A DNA stretch of 64,000 bases from Bacteroidia bacterium. Its GTDB lineage: Bacteria > Bacteroidota > Bacteroidia > NS11-12g > UBA955. Below are positions 28,032 to 39,080 of this stretch, piece after piece (the stretch's first letter is position 1; each line of letters starts with the position of its first letter). The stretch spans positions 324,853-388,852 of the forward strand of contig JAMNXP010000001.1 in NCBI GenBank assembly GCA_023653095.1, in the 5' to 3' direction. The position numbers were made by a program, and so were the translations under genes. Under the pieces are notes generated by a model. It was not told the origin of the DNA. It ran no database searches and was given only the letters and a program-made list of their open reading frames with translations.

Positions 28032-28868
28032 ATGAAATTTAAATTATTTACATTAGCGTTGGCATTACCTGTAATGTCATTTCTAGCGTCTTGCGGTGGC
28101 GAGGACGAAGCAGCCAAGCCTACCATTACATTAGAGTCTGGCGGAATTACTGCTAATAAAGATGTTGAGGCTGGTTCAAAAGTTTCATTCAAAATCAAAG
28201 CTGTTTCAGCTTCTGGAACTTTATCAGGTGTAACCATCATCGCTACTTACGGCACTAAATCAGTTACAGTACTTGATACAGCAACTGGAGCGGCTGACAT
28301 GATCTTTACCAAAACGATTGATGCCATAGGATCTCCTGGAGACGATGTCAAATATACATTCACTGCAAAAGATGGCAATGGTGCTAGCAGTTCAGTAGCA
28401 GTTACCTTGTCGGTTATACCTATCATGGCTTCATTGGATGGACAAAGTGGATTCCAAATTTACAATGCAAATTCTAGCGGATTAACCACATCATTTGATT
28501 TGGCTAAAGGTCAACCTAATCCTGGAGCTTTACCCCTTAAAGATATCATTGATGGAACTACTTCTGGTTCTGCACAATGGTCTAAATCTTGGGCTTCTGC
28601 AAATGGTTCTACTTTCTGTAAAGTGAGTGCGAATGATTGGGTAAACGGTAATTCAACCGATTACTTATTCAACCTTTGGAAAGCGAACAAAGACAAGATG
28701 ACAGCAACCTACACCAACTTAACCAAAGATGATGTGATTTTGGTTCGTTCTGGTCAAGTTCTAGATTTCAATTTGTTTATCCTTAAGATTACAGGCGTAA
28801 CTGATTTGCCAGCAGTGGGTAATAACAACGATTTCGCCCAATTTGATTTCAAAGGCGTTATTTTGTAA
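28032..28868 (+). CDS. lipoprotein of unknown function
   Basis: MKFKLFTLALALPVMSFLASCGG contains a lipobox, followed by an Ig-like Ser/Thr/Ala-rich N-domain. It is a monocistronic unit with its own terminator. The track's N-terminal extension (27870) overlaps lon and is rejected. Confidence 0.7.
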   Translation: MKFKLFTLALALPVMSFLASCGGEDEAAKPTITLESGGITANKDVEAGSKVSFKIKAVSASGTLSGVTIIATYGTKSVTVLDTATGAADMIFTKTIDAIGSPGDDVKYTFTAKDGNGASSSVAVTLSVIPIMASLDGQSGFQIYNANSSGLTTSFDLAKGQPNPGALPLKDIIDGTTSGSAQWSKSWASANGSTFCKVSANDWVNGNSTDYLFNLWKANKDKMTATYTNLTKDDVILVRSGQVLDFNLFILKITGVTDLPAVGNNNDFAQFDFKGVIL

Positions 28869-28890
28869 GAATATTTTTTGCACATTTTCC

Positions 28891-28923
28891 AAAACCCCCG
28901 TTCAATACGGGGGTTTTGTTTTT
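28891..28923 (+). terminator. rho-independent terminator
   Basis: aaaaCCCCCG-ttcaata-CGGGGG-ttttgttttt, 23 nt after the lipoprotein stop. Confidence 0.7.
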
Positions 28924-28939
28924 AATTCGTGTCTGATTT

Positions 28940-29914
28940 ATGGAAATTAAAAAAATAGGAGTTTTTACCTCAGGGGGAGATGCACCAGGAATGAATGCTT
29001 GCGTGAGAGCGGTTGTTCGTGCTGGCGTTCATTTTGGAGTGGAAGTATACGGAATACATGGCGGCTATCAGGGTATGATTGAAAATGAAATCACTCCCAT
29101 GCAAGCATCTAGCGTTGCCAATATCATTCAATATGGCGGTACCATTTTGAAAACAGCTAGATCAAAAGATTTCATGTCCCCAGAAGGAAGAAAAAAAGCA
29201 TATGAGAACATCCGTAATCATGACATAGACGCGCTGGTTTGTATTGGTGGAAATGGAACCTACACCGGAGCAATGACCTTCCAAAATGAATTTGGTATTC
29301 CTTGCATTGGTTGTCCGGGTACCATAGACAATGATCTTTTTGGAACAGACTACACCATTGGATTTGATACGGCAATTAATACGGCTTTAGATGCCATTGA
29401 TAAAATCAGAGACACGGCTGATGCGCACAACCGAGTATTTTTCATTGAAGTTATGGGAAGACACTCAGGTCACATTGCGCTTTACGCCGGTATTGCAGGT
29501 GGGGCTGAGGGGATTTTCATTCCTGAAAAGGAAAATGAATTTGAAGACATCTCAAATACCTACATAAAAAAGTCGCGCAACAAGCAATTTTCTATCTTCG
29601 TAGTAGCAGAAGGTGAAGAAGACGGTCATGCGTATGAAATTGCTAAGAAATTCCAAGAGAGATTCCCCGAAACAGATTCAAGAGTCACTGTTTTAGGACA
29701 TATTCAACGTGGTGGTAAGCCATCAGCGAACGACCGTATTTTAGCTTCAAGATTGGGAGCGCATGCCGTTAAATCACTGCTAGAGGGACAAAATGGCGTT
29801 GCTGTAGGTATTATTAATAATCAGGTTACTTTCACACCCTTTTATAAGGCTATTTATGAGAAAAAAGACATCAATGAGAATCTTTGGATCATGAATAACA
29901 TCTTGACTCGTTAA
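28940..29914 (+). CDS. pfkA: ATP-dependent 6-phosphofructokinase
   Basis: Motifs GVFTSGGDAPGMNA, IGGNGTYTGA, PGTIDNDL, MGRHSGHIAL and LGHIQRGG. Confidence 0.92.
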   Translation: MEIKKIGVFTSGGDAPGMNACVRAVVRAGVHFGVEVYGIHGGYQGMIENEITPMQASSVANIIQYGGTILKTARSKDFMSPEGRKKAYENIRNHDIDALVCIGGNGTYTGAMTFQNEFGIPCIGCPGTIDNDLFGTDYTIGFDTAINTALDAIDKIRDTADAHNRVFFIEVMGRHSGHIALYAGIAGGAEGIFIPEKENEFEDISNTYIKKSRNKQFSIFVVAEGEEDGHAYEIAKKFQERFPETDSRVTVLGHIQRGGKPSANDRILASRLGAHAVKSLLEGQNGVAVGIINNQVTFTPFYKAIYEKKDINENLWIMNNILTR

Positions 29915-29915
29915 A

Positions 29916-31583
29916 ATGATAAAAAAACTCAGCATCAAAAATTTTGCTCTAATTGAAAATTTACAATTAGAATTTCAAACTGGGTTGACATCAATAACAG
30001 GTGAAACCGGTGCTGGAAAAAGTATTTTACTTGGTGCTATCGGTTTGATTTTAGGAAATCGTGCAGATACATCATCTATCAGCGAAGGAGCAGATAAATG
30101 CATAATTGAAGCTGAATTTGATTTAACCAATCATAATTTGAGTGCCATTTTTGAGAGTTTAGACCTTGATTATGAAAACCCTTGCATCATTAGACGGGAA
30201 TTAACATCTCAAGGTAAATCAAGAGCCTTTATCAATGATACCCCTGTTGGTTTGGCCGATTTGAAAACGATAGGAAGTAATTTGGTAGAAATTCAAACTC
30301 AAAATACCACTACCCTTGTATCTCATAAGTCTGAACAGCTCAAACTTTTAGATGATTACCATTACGGAAATTCACTTTACCATGAATATTCAGGTTTGTG
30401 GAAGTCTTATTTGAATAAATCAAAACAATTGGAACAAACTCGTATAAAGTTGAATGATTTAAAAGCTCAAAACGACTTTAAGTCCTTTCTATTTAATGAG
30501 ATAGAAAATTTCAATCTGAATATTGATTCTGATTCCAAAATGGATGATGAACTACAGTTACTGTCTGAAGTTTCAGAAATTAAATCTGCATTAAACGGTT
30601 TAAAAGATCTACTTTCAGATTCTGAATACTCTGTTCAAAATAACTTGATTTCAAGCGCTGGTTTATTGAAGCCCTATTCAGGTAATTCAGATATTCAAAT
30701 GTTATGGCAAAGATTGAAAATTCTTCAAGAAGAAGTGATGGATATCTCAAGAGAATCTGAACGTTTCAATGATCGTTTAAGCGAAGACCCTGAAAGATTG
30801 GCTTTATTAAACGAACGCTCCGCTGAGTTAGATCGTTTATTGAAAAAACATCAAAGTACAACCGTTGTTGAATTATCTCAAAAATTTCAAGTCCTTGGAC
30901 AAGAATTAGAATCAACAGAAACATTGGAACAACATGAAATTGAGTTGACTTCGGAAGTTTCCAAATTGCATGTTGAACTTGTGAATTTGGCAAAAAAACT
31001 CCATAATTTAAGATTTTCAGCTTCGACTGATTTAACACAGCGTGCAAAAGTAATTTTAGGGCAATTGGCCATGCCTCATGCTCAAATTGAATTTGAAATT
31101 GAATTTAATGAGACATTATTGAATGATAAAGGGGCCAATCAGGTCACTCTTTTGTTTAATGCCAACCCGGGAGGAAAACTTCAACCCGTGGAATTGGTTG
31201 CATCAGGAGGTGAGTTATCAAGATTGAATTTTGCATTCAGAAGTCTAATTTCTGGAAGCAAGTATCTTCCAACGCTTATTTACGATGAAGCAGATACTGG
31301 AATAAGTGGTGAAATTGCAGGCAAAATGGGCTTGTTATTCAGGCAACTCGGACAAAGACATCAAGTGGTATGTATATCGCACCTTCCACAAGTGGCTGCC
31401 AGCGGAGATCATCAATTTGAAGTTTATAAACAAATAGAAGGTTTAAAAACCCATACATCTATACGCGTTCTGAATGAAAATGAGCGTGTTAACAGCATTG
31501 CCAAGATGCTTTCTTCTTCTGAATTGACGGCCGCGTCTGTAAACAATGCAAAGGAACTTTTAAAAATCCAGAGCGCTTCCTGA
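29916..31583 (+). CDS. recN: DNA repair protein RecN
   Basis: N-terminal Walker A GETGAGKSIL, a long central coiled coil, and the C-terminal SMC-like signature ASGGELSRLNFAF followed by LIYDEADTGISG. Confidence 0.9.
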   Translation: MIKKLSIKNFALIENLQLEFQTGLTSITGETGAGKSILLGAIGLILGNRADTSSISEGADKCIIEAEFDLTNHNLSAIFESLDLDYENPCIIRRELTSQGKSRAFINDTPVGLADLKTIGSNLVEIQTQNTTTLVSHKSEQLKLLDDYHYGNSLYHEYSGLWKSYLNKSKQLEQTRIKLNDLKAQNDFKSFLFNEIENFNLNIDSDSKMDDELQLLSEVSEIKSALNGLKDLLSDSEYSVQNNLISSAGLLKPYSGNSDIQMLWQRLKILQEEVMDISRESERFNDRLSEDPERLALLNERSAELDRLLKKHQSTTVVELSQKFQVLGQELESTETLEQHEIELTSEVSKLHVELVNLAKKLHNLRFSASTDLTQRAKVILGQLAMPHAQIEFEIEFNETLLNDKGANQVTLLFNANPGGKLQPVELVASGGELSRLNFAFRSLISGSKYLPTLIYDEADTGISGEIAGKMGLLFRQLGQRHQVVCISHLPQVAASGDHQFEVYKQIEGLKTHTSIRVLNENERVNSIAKMLSSSELTAASVNNAKELLKIQSAS

Positions 31584-32045
31584 GTTCTTGAGATTTTCAA
31601 AAAACTGGTCTATTTTAGTTGGTGCATTTTTAGCTGCGGTTGTTGCTAACTCGTCACACCGCTCGTTCTCTTTGATACCAGCATGTCCCTTTACCCAATT
31701 TAATTCTAGCTGAAATCCTTTACGAGTTTCTAAAAAGAGCTTCCACAAATCGGGATTTTTTACGTTTTTGAATCCTTTTCGCACCCACACCTCTAGCCAT
31801 TTTTTCTCAATGGAATCACAAACATATTTACTGTCCGTAAAAACCTTAATCGGTATTGATTTGTCCTTTATATTCTGAAGTGCCACTATTACAGCCAATA
31901 ACTCCATTCGGTTGTTGGTTGTTAATCTATACCCTTCGGAAATTTCTTTTCTATGACTTCCATAATACATCACCACTCCAAAACCACCGGGGCCAGGATT
32001 ACCCAAGGCTGCCCCGTCAGTATAAATTGTTATCCAATTCGACAT
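31560..32045 (-). CDS. rnhA: ribonuclease HI
   Basis: IYTDGAALGNPGPGGFG, TNNRMEL, W.KGHAG...NERCDELA. Its 3' end overlaps the recN 3' end by 24 nt (convergent). Confidence 0.9.
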   Translation of the reverse strand: MSNWITIYTDGAALGNPGPGGFGVVMYYGSHRKEISEGYRLTTNNRMELLAVIVALQNIKDKSIPIKVFTDSKYVCDSIEKKWLEVWVRKGFKNVKNPDLWKLFLETRKGFQLELNWVKGHAGIKENERCDELATTAAKNAPTKIDQFFENLKNSGSALDF

Positions 32046-32083
32046 ATAAAAGATACTACAGTAAAAGTTTCTTCAAAGATGAA

Positions 32084-32091
32084 TAATTTTG
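32084..32091 (+). promoter_or_regulatory. -7 promoter box 4 nt upstream of the cinA start codon
   Basis: TAATTTTG matches TAnnTTTG perfectly, then cttt, then ATG at 32096. Confidence 0.35.
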
Positions 32092-32095
32092 CTTT

Positions 32096-33343
32096 ATGAA
32101 TGCTCAAATAATTACAATCGGAGACGAATTACTCTTGGGACAAACAATAGACACAAACAGTGTTTATTTGGCTCAGTTCTTGAATCCGTTGGGTATTCAA
32201 ATTTCCAAGAAAACAGCCATTTCAGATCGCAAAGAAGACATAATCAATACGTTAAATTTAGCCCTTTCAGAGGCTGATGTGATTATTATCACTGGAGGAC
32301 TAGGACCCACTAAAGATGATATCACAAAGAAAACATTAGCAGATTACTTTAAAACCGGATTCAGAATTGATCAGAACGTCTTAGGCCACTTAGAAAACAT
32401 TTTCAAATCACGGGGACGTGAATTATTGGAATCCAATAAATTGCAAGCAGAAGTTCCTGAAATATGCGAAGTCCTTTTCAATCATGAAGGCACAGCACCT
32501 GGAATGCTTTTTAGAAGTACTTTTAACGGAAATAAGCGATGGATATTCTCACTTCCAGGTGTTCCAAATGAAGTAAAATACATTTGCGAATATTCCATGA
32601 AGCCCATTTTACTGTCAGAGATTGAAGGAACTGTTTTGAGAAATAGAACTCTTTTGACCTTAATGCAACCTGAGAGTTTGCTATCTAGAGATTTGGAGGA
32701 TTTCGAACAACAATTACCCCGAAATTTAAAACTAGCCTATTTGCCTAGTTTCAACCTTGTCAAACTAAGATTAACCGAGCAGGCATCAGGGTTAGAATCT
32801 ACTTTTAACGAACATTGGATTCAATTAAAAGAGATTTTGGGAGACCGCGTATATGCTAAAGGAGATGTATCCGTTGTTTTACCCATAGTGGAATTTGCCA
32901 GACAAAACGGTTTAAAAATAGCCACTGCTGAAAGTTGTACCGGTGGATTTATTGGCAATCAAATAGTTAAAATGCCCGGAATATCTGATGTTTTCGAAGG
33001 AAGTGTGATTAGTTATTCGAATTCAATCAAGACACAGATTTTAGGAGTTAACCCAAATCTTATTGAAGAAAAAGGTGCAGTTAGTGAAGAAGTTGCCAAA
33101 GAAATGGTTGTGGGTGTTTGTGAAAATTTCAACTGTCAAATAGGCATCTCAACTTCCGGCATTGCTGGTCCTACTGGAGGAACTCCTGAAAAGCCAGTTG
33201 GATTGGTTTATATAGGAATAAAATACCTAGATCAAGTCATTGTTAAAAAGCAGCAAATCCGAGGAAACAGAGAGCAATTCATGGAACGCGTTCATAATGT
33301 GGCTTGCTTTTATTTAATGCAGTTGATTCGTGAAAGTTTCTAA
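32096..33343 (+). CDS. cinA: CinA family protein (MoCF-binding domain plus nicotinamide-nucleotide amidohydrolase PncC domain)
   Basis: MNAQIITIGDELLLGQTIDTNS, TGGLGPTKDDITK, and a C-terminal ATAESCTGG PncC motif. Confidence 0.88.
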   Translation: MNAQIITIGDELLLGQTIDTNSVYLAQFLNPLGIQISKKTAISDRKEDIINTLNLALSEADVIIITGGLGPTKDDITKKTLADYFKTGFRIDQNVLGHLENIFKSRGRELLESNKLQAEVPEICEVLFNHEGTAPGMLFRSTFNGNKRWIFSLPGVPNEVKYICEYSMKPILLSEIEGTVLRNRTLLTLMQPESLLSRDLEDFEQQLPRNLKLAYLPSFNLVKLRLTEQASGLESTFNEHWIQLKEILGDRVYAKGDVSVVLPIVEFARQNGLKIATAESCTGGFIGNQIVKMPGISDVFEGSVISYSNSIKTQILGVNPNLIEEKGAVSEEVAKEMVVGVCENFNCQIGISTSGIAGPTGGTPEKPVGLVYIGIKYLDQVIVKKQQIRGNREQFMERVHNVACFYLMQLIRESF

Positions 33344-33364
33344 AGAGTTTCAATCTGTGTGATG

Positions 33365-33372
33365 TAAATTTG
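33365..33372 (+). promoter_or_regulatory. -7 promoter box 8 nt upstream of the guaA start codon
   Basis: TAAATTTG matches TAnnTTTG perfectly; the ATG is at 33381. Confidence 0.35.
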
Positions 33373-33380
33373 CACTATAA

Positions 33381-34919
33381 ATGGCTGAGAAGATTCTTAT
33401 TTACGATTTTGGTTCACAGTACACACAATTGATTGCGCGTAGACTCCGAGAACTAAATATTTATTGTGAAATTCACCCCTACAATTCAATTGTAACTGTT
33501 GATTCAAATACAAAAGGTGTCATTTTAAGTGGAAGTCCTTGTTCTGTTAATGATACTGACACACCCGATATTGACTTTTTAGAAATCAGTTCTAAAGTGC
33601 CTTTGTTGGGTATTTGTTACGGTGCACAATTGATGGCAAAAAAACTAGGCGGTATTGTTGGAAAAAGCGAACACCGTGAATATGGAAGAGCCAATATGAT
33701 TCAAACGGGCGAAAACAACGCTTTATTAGATGGTTTAAGTTTCGAGAGTCAAGTTTGGATGAGCCACGGTGACACTATTACACAGTTGCCTGAAAACACC
33801 AAAATCATTGCCAAAACAGATTCTATACCCGTTGCTGCTTTTGAAGTCACAAATCAATCCAACGAAGTTTATGGAATTCAATTCCATCCTGAAGTTTATC
33901 ATAGTACGGAAGGATTAGAACTGCTCAGAAATTTCGCATTTAATATTTGCAAATGCATTGGAGATTGGACTCCAGGGCATTTTATTGATGAATCTGTTTC
34001 AAACTTGCAATCCATTATTGGAGATTCTGACAAAGTCATTCTTGGTTTGTCTGGCGGTGTAGATAGTTCGGTAGCAGCAGCATTGTTAAACAAAGCCATT
34101 GGCAGCCGTTTAACCTGTATTTTTATTGATAACGGCCTCCTAAGAAAGAATGAATTTCAAGAAGTGCAACAGAGTTATGTGTCGCTTAACTTGAATTTAA
34201 TTGCTGTAGACGCTTCTGAGGAGTTTTATAGTGCTTTAAAGGGACTTTCAGATCCCGAAGCAAAAAGAAAAGCTATAGGTAGAGTATTTGTTGAAGTCTT
34301 CCAAAGGGAGGCTGAAAAGATTCAGGATGCAAAATGGTTGGCTCAAGGCACCATTTATCCTGATGTCATAGAAAGTGTTAGCGTTGGTGGCCCCTCTGTT
34401 ACCATTAAAAGCCATCACAATGTAGGTGGTTTGCCTGAAAAAATGCACTTGAAAGTAGTTGAACCTTTGAGAAGCCTCTTTAAAGATGAAGTTCGCAGAG
34501 TGGGCAAAGCCATTGGATTACCAGATACATTATTGAATCGCCATCCGTTTCCTGGACCTGGCTTGGGAATTAGAATTCTCGGAGAGGTATCCAAAGAAAA
34601 AGTAGATTTATTACAACAAGCTGATTATATTTACATTAGCAAATTAAAGGAATCAGGTTGGTATGATAAAGTTTGGCAAGCAGGAAGCATTTTACTCCCT
34701 GTATACAGCGTTGGTGTAATGGGCGATGAAAGAACCTATGAACAAGTTGTCGCACTCAGAGCTGTAAGCAGCACTGACGGAATGACCGCTGATTGGGTGC
34801 ACCTACCCTATGAATTATTAGCTGATATTTCAAACAGTATCATCAACCGTGTAAGAGGAATAAACAGAGTTGTTTACGATATAAGTTCTAAACCTCCGGC
34901 AACCATAGAATGGGAATAA
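33381..34919 (+). CDS. guaA: glutamine-hydrolysing GMP synthase
   Basis: GATase domain ([13 protein letters not shown]), ATP-PPase motif GLSGGVDSS, and the C-terminal dimerisation domain ending in PPATIEWE. Confidence 0.95.
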   Translation: MAEKILIYDFGSQYTQLIARRLRELNIYCEIHPYNSIVTVDSNTKGVILSGSPCSVNDTDTPDIDFLEISSKVPLLGICYGAQLMAKKLGGIVGKSEHREYGRANMIQTGENNALLDGLSFESQVWMSHGDTITQLPENTKIIAKTDSIPVAAFEVTNQSNEVYGIQFHPEVYHSTEGLELLRNFAFNICKCIGDWTPGHFIDESVSNLQSIIGDSDKVILGLSGGVDSSVAAALLNKAIGSRLTCIFIDNGLLRKNEFQEVQQSYVSLNLNLIAVDASEEFYSALKGLSDPEAKRKAIGRVFVEVFQREAEKIQDAKWLAQGTIYPDVIESVSVGGPSVTIKSHHNVGGLPEKMHLKVVEPLRSLFKDEVRRVGKAIGLPDTLLNRHPFPGPGLGIRILGEVSKEKVDLLQQADYIYISKLKESGWYDKVWQAGSILLPVYSVGVMGDERTYEQVVALRAVSSTDGMTADWVHLPYELLADISNSIINRVRGINRVVYDISSKPPATIEWE

Positions 34920-36001
34920 AACACAAACAAAGCGCCTTATTTTTAAGCTTGATTTTAACCTTATCTAACTTGGTTAATGCTCAATCAAGTAATTTCAAAA
35001 TTGGTATTTTGTTGCCTTTTCAATCTGAAAATACAGATGCCTCTGCAAAAAATGCCGAAGCTATGCTTGATTATCTCGCTGGAGTAAGAATTGCATTAAA
35101 TGAATTAGACGGTTTTGGATTTAAGGGCCAAGTTTTTGTTTGGGATCTTAGCACTAGAGACTCTTTAGATGTTGTTAAATTAGCAAAAAGCGCACAATTT
35201 CAAGAATTGGATGTTTTCATTGGGCCCATATCACAAAATATGGTATCAGCAATTGCTCCTCATGTGAAAAATTCAAAATTAACATGGGTTTCTCCACTGA
35301 AAAATTTAAAACTTCCCAACACCAATACACATCTTAACTTTTTTGGGCCTGATTCAATTAGAATTAAAGGTGTTTTGGAAGGACTAAAAATAAGATTTCC
35401 AAGATATAAATATTTAATCGTTGGAGACCCGAAGAATCCTGAATTCACCATTTATCAAAAAATGGCAAAAAGGGTTTTACCATCTAAGCGCGTATCTTAT
35501 CACACCATAAAGAACGGAACAATTTCACCAAAATTGCCTACAGGTGATAGTTTGATCATCATCAATACCCATTTACCTCAGTCATCAAAATCTATTCAAA
35601 TAAAATGGCTAGATAAAAAAACAGCTTCATATTTAGTTGGGAATTTAGATTGGTTTGCTGATTTCTCTCAACAATCAAATGTAGATGAATCCAAAATAAT
35701 TTATCCAACCATTAATTTCACTTCTCCTTCAGATAGCGCACTAATTGAATTTGCCCAAAATTATCGAACCATTAACTTGAGCGAACCCAGTCGTTTCGGT
35801 TATCAAGGTTATGATCAAATGACCTTCATTGGATTGAATATGTTGGCCTTTGGTTCTAATTACTTAGCCAATACACCCAATAGCGAATTTATTGGATTGA
35901 TTAATACCATTAAGCCATATAAAACCAACGCTACAAATTGGTATAACGAGGGCATTCGCTTCATTCGATTTGAAGGAACAAAAAGGGTTTTAATCAGATA
36001 A
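34910..36001 (+). CDS. secreted protein with a type-1 periplasmic-binding-protein-like layout; function unknown
   Basis: Signal peptide [26 protein letters not shown]...[16 protein letters not shown] is reminiscent of LivK-like PBP1 folds. This is motif-level resemblance only. Confidence 0.45.
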   Translation: MGIKHKQSALFLSLILTLSNLVNAQSSNFKIGILLPFQSENTDASAKNAEAMLDYLAGVRIALNELDGFGFKGQVFVWDLSTRDSLDVVKLAKSAQFQELDVFIGPISQNMVSAIAPHVKNSKLTWVSPLKNLKLPNTNTHLNFFGPDSIRIKGVLEGLKIRFPRYKYLIVGDPKNPEFTIYQKMAKRVLPSKRVSYHTIKNGTISPKLPTGDSLIIINTHLPQSSKSIQIKWLDKKTASYLVGNLDWFADFSQQSNVDESKIIYPTINFTSPSDSALIEFAQNYRTINLSEPSRFGYQGYDQMTFIGLNMLAFGSNYLANTPNSEFIGLINTIKPYKTNATNWYNEGIRFIRFEGTKRVLIR

Positions 36002-36013
36002 TTCTATCAGTTT

Positions 36014-37123
36014 ATGAATGGATTTTCTTCTCCCTATTTTCAAAAACAACTGAAAATAGCCTTTGAAATCATAGAAAATTTCAAGTTCAACGAGCCATTT
36101 CATATTCATTTAAAGAAGAAATTCCAACAAAATAAGAATTGGGGCAGTAAAGACCGGAAAAACTATAGAAATATCTGTTATATCATACTTCGAAACTACC
36201 CTCTTTTTAAAGATTTGGATGCAGACAATAAAATTCGGCAGTTCAACCAATTATCTGAAGGTACTTTAAAGTTTAATGCTTTTGATGAGTTATCTACTTA
36301 TGTTGATGAGAATATCAACCAATTTGATTTAAATCAAAGCTTTAATCAAATAGCACCTGTTTTTTTTGTACCCTATTTTCAGGCTAAAACCCCTGAAAAT
36401 CCTAATTTTTCGCAACTTTTGGGATATGTTGGACAAATAGAAGATACCAATAGTTTGATCTTTGATGGTAGCAGTAATCTAGAAGCGTATGTATCCAATA
36501 AATTGGGATACATTCAAGATTATTCTAGTTCAGCCGCCATCAGAAAAATTTCTACATTCTGCGATGGCGCATTGGTTTGGGATGCTTGTAGTGCATCTGG
36601 TGGAAAAAGCTTGTCCATATTGCAATATTCCAAGCCCCAAAAACACTTTTGCAGTGATATTAGACCAGAAATCATTAAGAATTTAATAAAACGCTTTGAG
36701 CTCTCCCCTTATAATCAACCTGAAACTTTTGTTCTAGATGCTCAAAATTCCACTCATAATTCAATCCAATTTACAGGTCAAAAGAACATAATTATTGCTG
36801 ATTTACCTTGTTCAGGCTCAGGAAACTGGCGAAGAAATCCAGAAAACCGATGGACTTTCAACGAAGAATTATTGAGTAAATACCAAGACCTACAACGAAG
36901 TATTTTCACCAGTCTTTTTAAGCAATTACCTGTGGGCGGCTATATTTATTATATGACTTGTTCCATATTCAAAGCAGAAAATCAGAAGAATATAGAATAC
37001 CTAAAAAATGGAAATGAAGGCCTAAAAATTGAATTTCAAGAGTATTTTGGAGGTATAATAAAAGGATATGATAGTCTATATTCAGACTATATTTTTGGTT
37101 GCTTAATTCAAAAAACTCAATAA
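36014..37123 (+). CDS. RsmB/NOP2-family SAM-dependent RNA cytosine-C5 methyltransferase-like protein
   Basis: DACSASGGKS (SAM pocket), ADLPCSGSGNWRRNPE and YMTCSIFKAEN (the two catalytic Cys motifs). Confidence 0.6.
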   Translation: MNGFSSPYFQKQLKIAFEIIENFKFNEPFHIHLKKKFQQNKNWGSKDRKNYRNICYIILRNYPLFKDLDADNKIRQFNQLSEGTLKFNAFDELSTYVDENINQFDLNQSFNQIAPVFFVPYFQAKTPENPNFSQLLGYVGQIEDTNSLIFDGSSNLEAYVSNKLGYIQDYSSSAAIRKISTFCDGALVWDACSASGGKSLSILQYSKPQKHFCSDIRPEIIKNLIKRFELSPYNQPETFVLDAQNSTHNSIQFTGQKNIIIADLPCSGSGNWRRNPENRWTFNEELLSKYQDLQRSIFTSLFKQLPVGGYIYYMTCSIFKAENQKNIEYLKNGNEGLKIEFQEYFGGIIKGYDSLYSDYIFGCLIQKTQ

Positions 37124-38103
37124 GCCCACTTCAAATAAAGGGCACCCCAAGTAAATCCACCACCGAAAGTACTTAGTATTAGGTTATCACCTTTTTTAAA
37201 TTGACTTTCGAAATCAAATAAACATAGCGGCAATGTACCAGCGGTTGTATTTCCGTACTTTTGAATATTTATTAGCACCTTTGACTTGTCTAATCCCATT
37301 CTTTCAGCAGTAGCATCAATAATTCTAAGATTTGCTTGATGAGGGACTAACCAATTAACTGTATCTGAGGTTAAACCATTTCTGTTCATTACTTCATAAC
37401 TAACATCTGCCATATTCGTAACTGCAAACTTGAAAACGGTTTTACCTTCTTGGTAAACATAGTGCTGCCTTGCCTCAACGGTTGCCGCCGAAGGGGGCAA
37501 TAAAGAACCGCCTGCACGTTGTTGTAGAAATTCTCTTCCAGAGCCATCGGTATGTAACATTGAATCAATAACCCCGTAACCATCGAGATTAGGTTCAAGA
37601 AGAACACAACCTGCACCATCACCGAAAATAATACATGTATTTCTATCGGTATAGTCAACAATCGCACTCATTTTATCGGCTCCAACAACCAAAACCTTTT
37701 TGTATTTACCAGATTCAATGAACCGGGCACCGGTTTCTAACGCGTATAAAAAACCTGAACAAGCGGCTCCAATATCAAATGACCAGGCGTTTTTTGCTCC
37801 TATTTTATCTCCGATCACATTGGCAGTAGCTGGAAAAACATAATCGCCTGTTACAGTTGCACAAATGATTACTTCAATCTCTAGGGGATCAATATTCTTC
37901 TTTGAAAGCATTGGGAGAATTGCTCCCACAGCAAGGTCTGAGGTAGCTTTACCCTTCTCGTTTAAAATATGTCTTTCTTCTATTCCTGTTCGCGTTCTTA
38001 TCCACTCATCGGTAGTATCTACCAATTTTTCTAGATCTTTATTAGTTAGGATATTATCAGGAACATAACCACCTACAGCGGTAATTGCAGCATGAATACA
38101 CAT
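37117..38103 (-). CDS. fabH: 3-oxoacyl-ACP synthase III
   Basis: GAACSGF (active-site Cys), VPHQANLRII, GNTTAGTLPL; 328 aa. Confidence 0.92.
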   Translation of the reverse strand: MCIHAAITAVGGYVPDNILTNKDLEKLVDTTDEWIRTRTGIEERHILNEKGKATSDLAVGAILPMLSKKNIDPLEIEVIICATVTGDYVFPATANVIGDKIGAKNAWSFDIGAACSGFLYALETGARFIESGKYKKVLVVGADKMSAIVDYTDRNTCIIFGDGAGCVLLEPNLDGYGVIDSMLHTDGSGREFLQQRAGGSLLPPSAATVEARQHYVYQEGKTVFKFAVTNMADVSYEVMNRNGLTSDTVNWLVPHQANLRIIDATAERMGLDKSKVLINIQKYGNTTAGTLPLCLFDFESQFKKGDNLILSTFGGGFTWGALYLKWAY

Positions 38104-38105
38104 GA

Positions 38106-39080
38106 TTAATTTGTTGATTTTTGAGTTTCAGTAATTAAAGTTTCGAAAGCATCAGAAACTCTTCCGCAATAATTAGATATTACAGAATTCCTGCACAATT
38201 CTACCATTTTCACGAATGTTTCCGCTTTGGAAATTCCATGACCAACAACAACGGGAGCTTTCACACCTAGAATTAAACCTCCACCATGATTTTTAAAATT
38301 CAATTGATTCAAGAATTCATCATTAACTCCTCTTTTGAAAAGCTTGTAGAAAAATCCCTCAATGACCTTAACAATAACATTTCCGGTAAATCCATCACAA
38401 ACCAAAACATCAAAACCATCATCAAAAACATTTCTCCCTTCAATATTTCCAATGAAGTTAACTTGCTTGGTATGCCTTAGTAATTGATGAGCTGCACGCG
38501 TTAAAATACTTCCTTTTTCATCTTCTTCACCAATATTAATCAAACCCACTCTAGGTGTTTGGATGTTTAATATTGACTCTGCATAAAGACTACCGAGCAA
38601 AGCAAACTGTTGAAGGTGTTCTGGTTTGCAATCTGCATTGGCACCAACATCAAGGATTACACCGTGATTTCCTGAAGGCTTGGGGACGGAAGCCAGTAAA
38701 CAAGGTCTATCAACGCCATTTATTGCCTTAAGGATTTGTATAGAACCAACCAACATAGCGCCGGTATTACCAGCACTTAGAAAGGCTTGAATATTACTTT
38801 GTGCTAAAAAAGCGAATCCTTGAAAAATACTAGAATCTCTTTTAGATGCAATTGCTTTCACAGGATGCTCGCTCATCTCAATCACTTCAGAGCAATGAAC
38901 CACTTGAACTCCATCCAGAACAAGATCATTATCAGCCGCAACACTTCTAATGACATCTGAATCTCCAAAAAGCACTATTTCAACATCTGTGAAAACCTTT
39001 CTAGAATCAAGTGCTCCTTTAATAGCTTCGAGTGGACCGTGGTCGCCACCCATAGCATCAACCCCAATCCTCATTCTCAA
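38106..39080 (-). CDS. plsX: phosphate acyltransferase PlsX
   Basis: IGVDAMGGDHGP, SAGNTGA, DGFTGNV. It sits in the conserved rpmF-plsX-fabH order. Confidence 0.92.
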   Translation of the reverse strand: MRMRIGVDAMGGDHGPLEAIKGALDSRKVFTDVEIVLFGDSDVIRSVAADNDLVLDGVQVVHCSEVIEMSEHPVKAIASKRDSSIFQGFAFLAQSNIQAFLSAGNTGAMLVGSIQILKAINGVDRPCLLASVPKPSGNHGVILDVGANADCKPEHLQQFALLGSLYAESILNIQTPRVGLINIGEEDEKGSILTRAAHQLLRHTKQVNFIGNIEGRNVFDDGFDVLVCDGFTGNVIVKVIEGFFYKLFKRGVNDEFLNQLNFKNHGGGLILGVKAPVVVGHGISKAETFVKMVELCRNSVISNYCGRVSDAFETLITETQKSTN

